Virus record (IMG/VR): IMGVR_UViG_2579778529_000002
Coordinates: 1-5,702 of that record
Reading direction: 5' to 3' (one strand)
DNA: 5,702 nucleotides
Source: a virus
Taxonomy: Duplodnaviria > Heunggongvirae > Uroviricota > Caudoviricetes
Shown: piece by piece, positions 1 through 5,702 of the stretch
Layout: every line of letters begins with the position of its first letter
How positions within the stretch are numbered: position 1 is the stretch's first letter
The notes under the pieces: model-generated
The model's input: the letters and a program-made list of their open reading frames with translations, nothing else
Databases searched by the model: none
Told to the model about the DNA's origin: nothing
Position numbers and translations under genes: made by a program

Positions 1-1
1 G

Positions 2-856
2 GACTTTGAAACCATTCTTGCTGAACGCAAGGCGACACTGATTTCCCTTTACCCGGAAGACCAGCAGGAGGCGGTCGCCCGTACCCTGATGCTGGAATCC
101 GAGCCTCTCGTCAAACTGCTGGAGGAAAATGCTTATCGTGAGCTTATCTGGCGTCAGCGTGTGAATGAGGCCGCACGGGCGGTAATGCTGGCCTGTGCCG
201 CCGGTAATGACCTTGATGTGATTGGTGCCAATTACAACACCACGCGCCTGACTATCACCCCGGCAGATGATTCGACCATCCCGCCGACACCGGCAGTGAT
301 GGAGTCTGACACCGATTATCGTCTGCGTATTCAGCAGGCGTTTGAAGGTTTAAGCGTCGCCGGGTCGGTGGGTGCCTATCAGTATCATGGCCGCAGTGCT
401 GACGGGCGTGTCGCGGATATCTCTGTCACCAGTCCGTCTCCGGCCTGCGTCACCATCTCCGTGCTGTCACGTGAAAATAACGGTGTCGCATCCGAAGACC
501 TGCTGGCCGTGGTGCGTAACGCCATTAATGGCGAGGACGTCAGGCCGGTGGCCGACCGCGTGACCGTGCAGTCTGCCGCCATTGTTGAATACCAGATAAA
601 CGCCACGCTTTACCTTTACCCTGGTCCCGAAAGCGAACCCATTCGCGCTGCCGCCGTGAAAAAACTGGAAGCGTATATCACGGCACAGCACCGGCTGGGG
701 CGCGACATCCGTCTGTCTGCCATTTATGCCGCTTTGCATGTGGAAGGTGTGCAGCGTGTCGAACTGGCTGCACCGCTGGCCGACATCGTGCTCAACAGTA
801 CGCAGGCGTCTTTCTGTACCGAATACCGCGTCGTGACCGGAGGCTCGGATGAGTGA
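2..856 (+). CDS. J: Baseplate assembly protein J (P2 gpJ-like), 5'-truncated by the window edge
   Basis: The reading frame is open from position 2 with no stop before the first ATG at 89, so the gene begins upstream of the window. The translation (DFETILAERKATLISLYPEDQQEAVARTL...GANYNTTRLTITPADD...) matches my recollection of P2 baseplate protein J. Its TGA stop at 854-856 overlaps the start of the next gene (ATGAGTGA), which is typical of phage morphogenetic operons. Confidence 0.9.
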   Translation, partial: DFETILAERKATLISLYPEDQQEAVARTLMLESEPLVKLLEENAYRELIWRQRVNEAARAVMLACAAGNDLDVIGANYNTTRLTITPADDSTIPPTPAVMESDTDYRLRIQQAFEGLSVAGSVGAYQYHGRSADGRVADISVTSPSPACVTISVLSRENNGVASEDLLAVVRNAINGEDVRPVADRVTVQSAAIVEYQINATLYLYPGPESEPIRAAAVKKLEAYITAQHRLGRDIRLSAIYAALHVEGVQRVELAAPLADIVLNSTQASFCTEYRVVTGGSDE

Positions 857-1379
857 TTCGCGACTGCTGCCGACCGGCTCATCACCGCTTGAAGTCGCCG
901 CCGCAAAAGCCTGTGCGGAAATTGAAAAAACACCGGTCAGTATTCGTGAGCTGTGGAACCCGGACACCTGTCCGGCAAATCTGCTGCCGTGGCTGGCGTG
1001 GGCGTTTTCGGTCGACAGGTGGGATGAAAAGTGGCCGGAAGCGACAAAACGCGCCGTTATCCGCGATGCGTATTTCATCCACTGTCATAAAGGCACTATA
1101 GGTGCAATCCGGCGTGTGGTGGAGCCGCTCGGCTATCTCATCAACGTGACGGAGTGGTGGGAAAACAGTGACCCGCCCGGCACCTTCCGGCTTGATATTG
1201 GTGTACTGGAAAGCGGTATCACAGAGGCAATGTATCAGGAAATGGAACGGCTGATTGCTGATGCCAAACCTGCAAGCCGTCACCTTATTGGTCTGAACAT
1301 TACCCGGGACATTCCCGGCTACCTGTTCGCCGGTGGTGTGGCTTATGACGGCGATGTAATTACGGTTTACCCCGGATAA
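849..1379 (+). CDS. I: Baseplate/tail protein I (P2 gpI-like)
   Basis: 176-aa ORF whose start overlaps the J stop by 8 nt. The length matches what I recall for P2 gpI, and it lies in the P2 order J-I-H-G. Stop TAA at 1377-1379. Confidence 0.88.
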   Translation: MSDSRLLPTGSSPLEVAAAKACAEIEKTPVSIRELWNPDTCPANLLPWLAWAFSVDRWDEKWPEATKRAVIRDAYFIHCHKGTIGAIRRVVEPLGYLINVTEWWENSDPPGTFRLDIGVLESGITEAMYQEMERLIADAKPASRHLIGLNITRDIPGYLFAGGVAYDGDVITVYPG

Positions 1380-1389
1380 GTGAGGAATA

Positions 1390-3576
1390 ATGAGCACAAA
1401 ATTCAAAACCGTTATCACCACTGCCGGTGCAGCAAAGCTGGCAGCGGCAACCGCGCCGGGAGGGCGGAAGGTCAACATTACCACGATGGCTGTCGGGGAT
1501 GGCGGTGGTAAATTGCCTGTCCCGGATGCCGGACAGACCGGGCTTATCCATGAAGTCTGGCGACATGCGCTGAACAAAATCAGCCAGGACAAACGAAACA
1601 GTAATTATATTATCGCAGAGCTGGTTATTCCGCCGGAGGTGGGTGGTTTCTGGATGCGTGAGCTTGGCCTGTACGATGATGCGGGAACGTTAATTGCCGT
1701 GGCGAACATGGCCGAAAGTTATAAGCCAGCTCTTGCCGAAGGCTCAGGGCGTTCGCAGACCTGTCGCATGGTCATCATCGTCAGCAGTGTGGCATCGGTG
1801 GAGCTGACCATTGACACCACAACGGTGATGGCGACGCAGGATTACGTTGATGACAAAATTGCAGAGCACGAACAGTCACGACGTCACCCGGACGCCTCGC
1901 TGACCGCAAAAGGTTTTACTCAGTTAAGCAGTGCGACCAACAGCACGTCTGAAACGCTCGCCGCAACACCAAAAGCGGTAAAGGCCGCGTATGACCTTGC
2001 TAACGGGAAATACACTGCACAGGACGCCACCACAGCGAGAAAAGGTCTTGTCCAGCTCAGTAGCGTCACCAACAGCGATTCTGAAATGCTTGCGGCAACG
2101 CCAAAGGCGGTAAAGGCCGCGTATGACCTTGCTAACGGGAAATACACTGCACAGGATGCCACCACGGCGCGAAAAGGGCTTGTCCAGCTCAGTAGCGCCA
2201 CCAACAGTGATTCTGAAACGCTGGCCGCAACACCAAAAGCGGTGAAGTCTGCCTATGACAATGCTGAAAAACGTCTTCAGAAAGATCAGAACGGTGCGGA
2301 TATTCCGGGAAAGGATACCTTCACGAAAAATATCGGTGCCTGTCGTGCTTATAGCGGCGCTTTGAGCACTGAAGCCGGAAACTGGACAACCGCTCAGTTT
2401 ATTGAATGGCTGGATTCCCGCGGTGCATTTAATCATCCGTACTGGATGTGCAAAGGCTCCTGGTCATATGCAAATAACAAAATCATTACGGATACCGGAT
2501 GTGGTGATATCCACCTGGCAGGTTGTGTCGTCGAGGTCATGGGAACTAAATCTGCAATCACTATCCGAGTGACCACGCCGACAACATCAAGTGGTGGCGG
2601 TACAACCAGCGCGCAATTCACTTACATTAATCATGGGGACGGCTACTCCCCCGGCTGGCGTCGTGACTGGAATCGTCAGGGCGACGCAATGACCGGAACG
2701 ATTAATCAGGATGGCGGAAGCCAGAATGCCTATATGTCTACGGCCTTATGTTCAGGCACCAGAGGCGGCAAAAAATATCTCAGAAAGTTTCGTGGTGGAG
2801 AAGGAGACACTATCTGGCATGAAACAGTGCAGGGCGGGGTAATTCGCTGGGCGACAGGAAACTATGACGCTCAGGAAGAATTATCACTCAGCTCCGCTTA
2901 TGGTCTCCGTTCTAGAGGTGAAATTACATCACTCAGTGCTAATGGTCTGCGCATTGCTTATGGCAATTATGGATTCTTTATCAGGAATGATGGTGGCAGC
3001 ACATATTTAATGCTGACGGCCTCTGGTGATAAATTTGGGACATGGAACGGTTTAAGGCCGCTGACTATCAATAACGCTAATGGCGGAGTGTCAATGGGGC
3101 ATGGCCTGAGTGTTACTGGTGATATTGCCTCAAGTACCAAAGTACGTGCCGGTAGCGGGAAAAAGTTCACGGTCAGCAGCAGCAATACATCCACGAAGGA
3201 AGCCGCATTCAATTTGTGGGGAAACTCAAGTCGTCCTGTGGTGGCTGAATTAGGTGATGATGCAGGCTGGCATTTTTACAGTCAGAGAAATACAGATAAC
3301 AGCATCACTTTTGCTGTTAACGGGCAGGTATCACCATCTAACTATAGTAATTTTGATTCACGCTATGTCCGGGATATCCGGCTTGGTGGTGCTGCCACAT
3401 ACAAACCTGCGAACAATGGCATGACATGGACACATCAGGCACCGTCCGGGTGTGTATATTCCGGCATTATTGTTCAGGATACCGGCTCAAACTCTGCCGA
3501 TAACATTGGTGGCGTATATTACAGACCGGTGCAGAAATACATTAACGGGACTTGGTATAACGTGGCGCAGGTATAA
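1390..3576 (+). CDS. H: Tail fibre protein (P2 gpH-like); conserved N-terminal baseplate-attachment region, internal repeats, variable C-terminal receptor-binding region
   Basis: 728-aa ORF with a GAGGA Shine-Dalgarno at 1382-1386, following I. The N-terminus (MSTKFKTVITTAGAAKLAAATAPGG...) resembles the P2/186-family tail-fibre N-terminus. It contains ATPKAVKxAYD-type fibre repeats and a Gly/Ser/Thr/Asn-rich C-terminal half typical of fibre tips. The product is longer than the ~669 aa I recall for P2 H. Confidence 0.9.
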   Translation: MSTKFKTVITTAGAAKLAAATAPGGRKVNITTMAVGDGGGKLPVPDAGQTGLIHEVWRHALNKISQDKRNSNYIIAELVIPPEVGGFWMRELGLYDDAGTLIAVANMAESYKPALAEGSGRSQTCRMVIIVSSVASVELTIDTTTVMATQDYVDDKIAEHEQSRRHPDASLTAKGFTQLSSATNSTSETLAATPKAVKAAYDLANGKYTAQDATTARKGLVQLSSVTNSDSEMLAATPKAVKAAYDLANGKYTAQDATTARKGLVQLSSATNSDSETLAATPKAVKSAYDNAEKRLQKDQNGADIPGKDTFTKNIGACRAYSGALSTEAGNWTTAQFIEWLDSRGAFNHPYWMCKGSWSYANNKIITDTGCGDIHLAGCVVEVMGTKSAITIRVTTPTTSSGGGTTSAQFTYINHGDGYSPGWRRDWNRQGDAMTGTINQDGGSQNAYMSTALCSGTRGGKKYLRKFRGGEGDTIWHETVQGGVIRWATGNYDAQEELSLSSAYGLRSRGEITSLSANGLRIAYGNYGFFIRNDGGSTYLMLTASGDKFGTWNGLRPLTINNANGGVSMGHGLSVTGDIASSTKVRAGSGKKFTVSSSNTSTKEAAFNLWGNSSRPVVAELGDDAGWHFYSQRNTDNSITFAVNGQVSPSNYSNFDSRYVRDIRLGGAATYKPANNGMTWTHQAPSGCVYSGIIVQDTGSNSADNIGGVYYRPVQKYINGTWYNVAQV
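1912..2262 (+). repeat. Three in-frame tandem repeats of 132 bp (44 aa) inside H; units at 1912-2043 and 2044-2175 are near-identical, the third (2176 to about 2262) is partial and diverging
   Basis: Direct reading: GFTQLSSATNSTSETLAATPKAVKAAYDLANGKYTAQDATTARK, then GLVQLSSVTNSDSEMLAATPKAVKAAYDLANGKYTAQDATTARK, then GLVQLSSATNSDSETLAATPKAVKSAYD... The nucleotide sequence is also near-identical between units 1 and 2. Confidence 0.9.
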
Positions 3577-3579
3577 TTT

Positions 3580-4107
3580 ATGCAGCATTTGATAAATATA
3601 ACGGCAGGTAATCCAAAAACGGTTGGACAATATCAATTGACAAAGGACTTTGATGTTGTCTGGTTTTTTTCAGAAGATGGTAAGAACTGGTACGAAGAAC
3701 AAAAGTATTTTGCTGATGACACGATAAAAATAGCGTACGACAAAGATAATATTATCCGCTATGTGGAAAAGGATGTGACAGCTATCAGACCGGATGGATT
3801 AAGTGTTGTTGAAGTGCCGGATATTACTGCTAACCGACGGGCGGATATTTCAGGGGGCTGGATGTTTAAGGACGGCAAAGTGATTAAACGCATTTATACG
3901 GCAGAGGAATTACAGCAGCAGGCAGAAATTCGGAAAGCCAGACTTCTTGCAGATGCTGAATCCGTGATTTTGCCGCTGGAGCGCGCTGTCAGGCTGAATA
4001 TGGCAACAGAGGAGGAGCGCACACGACTGGAAGCATGGGAACGCTACAGCGTTCTGGTCAGTCGTGTGGATCCTGCAAATCCTGAATGGCCGGAAATGCC
4101 GCAATAG
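3580..4107 (+). CDS. G: Tail fibre assembly chaperone (P2 gpG-like)
   Basis: 175-aa ORF starting 3 nt after the H stop (TAA 3574-3576, ATG 3580), so likely translationally coupled. Size and position immediately downstream of the fibre gene match P2 gpG and the tail-fibre-assembly family. Stop TAG at 4105-4107. Confidence 0.85.
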   Translation: MQHLINITAGNPKTVGQYQLTKDFDVVWFFSEDGKNWYEEQKYFADDTIKIAYDKDNIIRYVEKDVTAIRPDGLSVVEVPDITANRRADISGGWMFKDGKVIKRIYTAEELQQQAEIRKARLLADAESVILPLERAVRLNMATEEERTRLEAWERYSVLVSRVDPANPEWPEMPQ

Positions 4108-4239
4108 ATGTATTAGCTCTGATGTGGGGTTACGCATCTATAGCACAGTGTAGAACCCAATCTGGCGGTCTGCCCTGTGCCAAATGCGGAAATTATGCCC
4201 CAATTCAGTGTTAATAAATGCAAATAATCTACGGTAAAG

Positions 4240-4364
4240 AAAAAGGGATGCTTGTAACTACTTCACATAAACATTATTGTGGTAAAACATACAGTCAAGT
4301 TATCATTTGTAACCTATTGGCATGTATGCTGTATCTATGTTAACTCAAGCGGAAAGTAATTATC
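4240..4364 (+). promoter_or_regulatory. Putative own promoter and RBS region for the cargo ORF
   Basis: AT-rich 257-bp untranslated gap upstream of the ORF. It contains a TGnTAAAAC extended -10-like element (TG at 4280-4281, hexamer 4283-4288), TTGTAA -35-like hexamers at 4252-4257 and 4307-4312, and a weak SD GGAAAG at 4351-4356, 8 nt before the ATG at 4365. The -35 to -10 spacing is not ideal for any pairing I tried, so the exact promoter is not resolved. Confidence 0.3.
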
Positions 4365-5069
4365 ATGGAAAAAATTAAAGCACCTTGCCCATACTGTAAA
4401 GGTGAAAAAAATTGTCTCACAATAGGTCATAAAAAAAGAGAGTGGAGTAAAAATGATGGGGATAACTATTTTTGGGCTGAGAGTGAATATAATTTATTAG
4501 AGTGTATGGGGTGTGATGGAATATTTACATATATAAAGTCCCGTCACAGTGAAGATTACGACATAGAAAGGGATGGCTCGGGGCATGATTTTATGATATA
4601 TAACGAGCATATATCAATATATCCTGCTCAAGAACAGGATGAAATTAGACCTGATTGGTTTGGTGAGGTGCTAAGCAAAGATTATCAGCTATATGTAATA
4701 ATGAACGAAATGTATATCGCATTTCAAAATAAATCATTCATTTTGGCGGCGATTGGGCTTAGAACTATTTTTGACAGAACTGTTGAGGTTCTGGATATTC
4801 ACCCCGGGCATACATTAAGCCAGAAAGTTGATATTCTCAAAGATGAAGGTTTTATCGGGGAAAAAGAAAAAGAGCAACTTAAAATTGTAACTGAAGCTGG
4901 CAACTCAGCTGCACATAGGGCATGGGCACCGAGCGAAGATGAATTTAAATCGCTTTTGGCTGTTATAGAAAGCTTTGTAATGCGAACAATACTAAAAGAT
5001 AATAACATTTTTAAAATCGTAGAAAAACTACCAGAAAAACACTCAAGGCCACCAAAAAAACAAGAATAA
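4365..5069 (+). CDS. Hypothetical protein, 234 aa: N-terminal CxxC...CxxC zinc-ribbon-like module plus a C-terminal domain of unknown function; candidate anti-phage defence / lysogenic-conversion protein (possibly a Z/fun-like gene)
   Basis: Only long ORF in the AT-rich segment, with uninterrupted + strand coding and stop TAA at 5067-5069. Cys8-x2-Cys11 and Cys47-x2-Cys50 are arranged like a zinc ribbon. The C-terminal part has a GNSAAH motif (about residues 179-184) followed by a region of helix-favouring composition. The codon usage is clearly foreign to the flanking phage genes. I do not recognise the family with certainty. Confidence 0.7.
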   Translation: MEKIKAPCPYCKGEKNCLTIGHKKREWSKNDGDNYFWAESEYNLLECMGCDGIFTYIKSRHSEDYDIERDGSGHDFMIYNEHISIYPAQEQDEIRPDWFGEVLSKDYQLYVIMNEMYIAFQNKSFILAAIGLRTIFDRTVEVLDIHPGHTLSQKVDILKDEGFIGEKEKEQLKIVTEAGNSAAHRAWAPSEDEFKSLLAVIESFVMRTILKDNNIFKIVEKLPEKHSRPPKKQE

Positions 5070-5315
5070 TGTACCTAAATATAAACAGAGCTAAGAGATT
5101 ATGTCTTGGCTCTGGTTAATCTCCAGTAGTGCATGATTTTTGCAATGACCTGACTGAACATTTAAACGAGGAAAATATCCCATATTTGCTTTTCACTGTG
5201 AGTTCAGCCTGTGGGTGTAACACTGGTTAAAACGCTCTGCGAGTGATTCATTGTCTAGCGTTCTGGCTATATTAATTTTCAGTTGGAAACTGAGTAAGTA
5301 CAGATAAAGACAGGC

Positions 5316-5339
5316 AGGCGGATTACCCGCCTTTTCTTT
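5316..5339 (+). terminator. Putative Rho-independent terminator
   Basis: AGGCGG (5316-5321) pairs perfectly with CCGCCT (5327-5332) around a 5-nt loop ATTAC, followed directly by the T-tract TTTTCTTT (5332-5339). It lies downstream of the cargo ORF and upstream of FI. Confidence 0.5.
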
Positions 5340-5435
5340 GTCTGTTGTTTCATCCACTGACCAGCCAGGTCAAATAGCGTCTCATGCACTACCCAACAGA
5401 AAATAGTTGCACCCATTAACCACGGAGTTAAACGG
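5339..5435 (+). promoter_or_regulatory. Probable late-promoter region and RBS of the FI operon (P2 PF-equivalent)
   Basis: By synteny the FI operon promoter should lie here. There is an imperfect TGT-N12-cCA element (5339-5356) resembling the TGT-N12-ACA dyad of Ogr-dependent P2 late promoters, and a GGAG Shine-Dalgarno at 5424-5427, 8 nt before the FI ATG. No exact consensus match was found. Confidence 0.3.
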
Positions 5436-5702
5436 ATGAGCGACTATCATCATGGCGTGCAGGTGCTGGAGATTAACGACGGCACCCGCGTCATTTCCAC
5501 CGTATCCACGGCCATTGTCGGCATGGTTTGCACGGCCAGCGATGCGGATGCGGAAACCTTCCCCCTCAATAAACCTGTGCTGATCACCAATGTGCAGAGC
5601 GCAATTGCAAAGGCCGGTAAAAAAGGCACGCTGGCGGCGTCGTTGCAGGCCATCGCTGACCAGTCAAAACCGGTCACCGTAGTCGTGCGTGTGGAAGACG
5701 GC
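5436..5702 (+). CDS. FI: Tail sheath protein (P2 gpFI-like), 5' portion; continues beyond the window
   Basis: ATG at 5436 preceded by GGAG. The frame is open to the window end (89 codons). The translation [89 protein letters not shown] matches my recollection of the P2 tail sheath N-terminus. It is absent from the supplied ORF track only because no stop falls inside the window. Confidence 0.88.
   Translation, partial: MSDYHHGVQVLEINDGTRVISTVSTAIVGMVCTASDADAETFPLNKPVLITNVQSAIAKAGKKGTLAASLQAIADQSKPVTVVVRVEDG

Larger units (their letters stand above)
4108..5315. other. AT-rich accessory (moron / lysogenic-conversion) segment inserted between tail-fibre chaperone G and tail sheath FI, at the P2 Z/fun-equivalent hotspot
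   Basis: Composition drops sharply immediately after the G stop (by eye roughly mid-30s % GC, against mid-50s % in J/I/H) and returns to phage-like composition near the terminator and FI start. The position is syntenic with the P2 Z/fun locus. Confidence 0.7.

Noticed and set aside
467-1078. Minus-strand 203-aa ORF, and smaller ORFs 372..563 (+), 385..606 (-), 724..933 (-) and 853..1101 (+)
   Set aside because: Alternative-frame or antisense ORFs inside J and I. The J and I frames carry the recognisable baseplate protein sequences, so these are frame artefacts of GC-rich coding DNA.
882-1592. Minus-strand 236-aa ORF overlapping I and the start of H
   Set aside because: Entirely antisense to two well-supported, syntenic phage structural genes in GC-rich DNA where long spurious antisense ORFs are common. 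No start context or independent support.
1912-2262. Possibility that the regular repeats are a CRISPR array
   Set aside because: The period is 132 bp with no unique spacers between short repeats. The units are in-frame coding repeats of a fibre protein, not a repeat-spacer architecture.
1920-2436. Minus-strand ORFs 1920..2204 (94 aa) and 1924..2436 (170 aa), which themselves contain repeated peptide segments
   Set aside because: They lie antisense to the tandem repeat region of H. The repeats propagate an accidental open frame on the opposite strand, and the region is fully explained by the tail-fibre gene.
3910-4137. Minus-strand 75-aa ORF overlapping the 3' end of G
   Set aside because: Antisense to the tail-fibre chaperone gene with no supporting signals; most likely spurious.
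4185-4238. Short + strand ORF (about 17 codons, MRKLCPNSVLINANNLR) in the G-cargo gap
   Set aside because: Too short, with no recognisable RBS; most likely chance in AT-rich intergenic DNA. A leader peptide cannot be formally excluded.
3577-4364. Possible invertible tail-fibre segment (Mu G-segment / P1 C-segment type) downstream of H
   Set aside because: No inverted repeats flanking the H C-terminus and G, no oppositely oriented alternative fibre genes, and no invertase gene in the window. The organisation is the simple P2-type H-G arrangement.
4799-5008. Minus-strand 69-aa ORF inside the cargo gene
   Set aside because: Antisense to the longer, coherent 234-aa + strand ORF. Open frames of this length arise by chance in AT-rich sequence.
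5339-5360. Exact Ogr-type TGT-N12-ACA late-promoter dyad upstream of FI
   Set aside because: Only an imperfect version (TGT-N12-cCA) was found. It is kept as a low-confidence regulatory feature, not a confirmed activator site.
5450-5677. Minus-strand 75-aa ORF near the window end
   Set aside because: Antisense to the clearly recognisable tail sheath (FI) N-terminus, which is the real gene here but is missing from the ORF track because it has no in-window stop.

Overview
This window is the tail-fibre end of the late region of a P2-like temperate myovirus (probably a prophage in an enterobacterial genome), with every gene on the + strand. In order: the 3' part of baseplate gene J (cut by the window edge), baseplate/tail gene I, tail-fibre gene H (carrying three in-frame 132-bp tandem repeats), tail-fibre assembly chaperone G, then a ~1.2 kb strongly AT-rich segment holding one 234-aa ORF with paired CxxC motifs and no function I can assign, a hairpin plus T-tract terminator, and the 5' part of tail sheath gene FI (runs off the window). 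The AT-rich ORF sits exactly where P2 carries its Z/fun lysogenic-conversion gene, a position known as a hotspot for anti-phage cargo, and is the main candidate for something novel. The J/I/H/G/FI assignments rest on my recollection of the P2 proteins and on synteny; no database search was possible. All GC statements are by-eye estimates, not computed.
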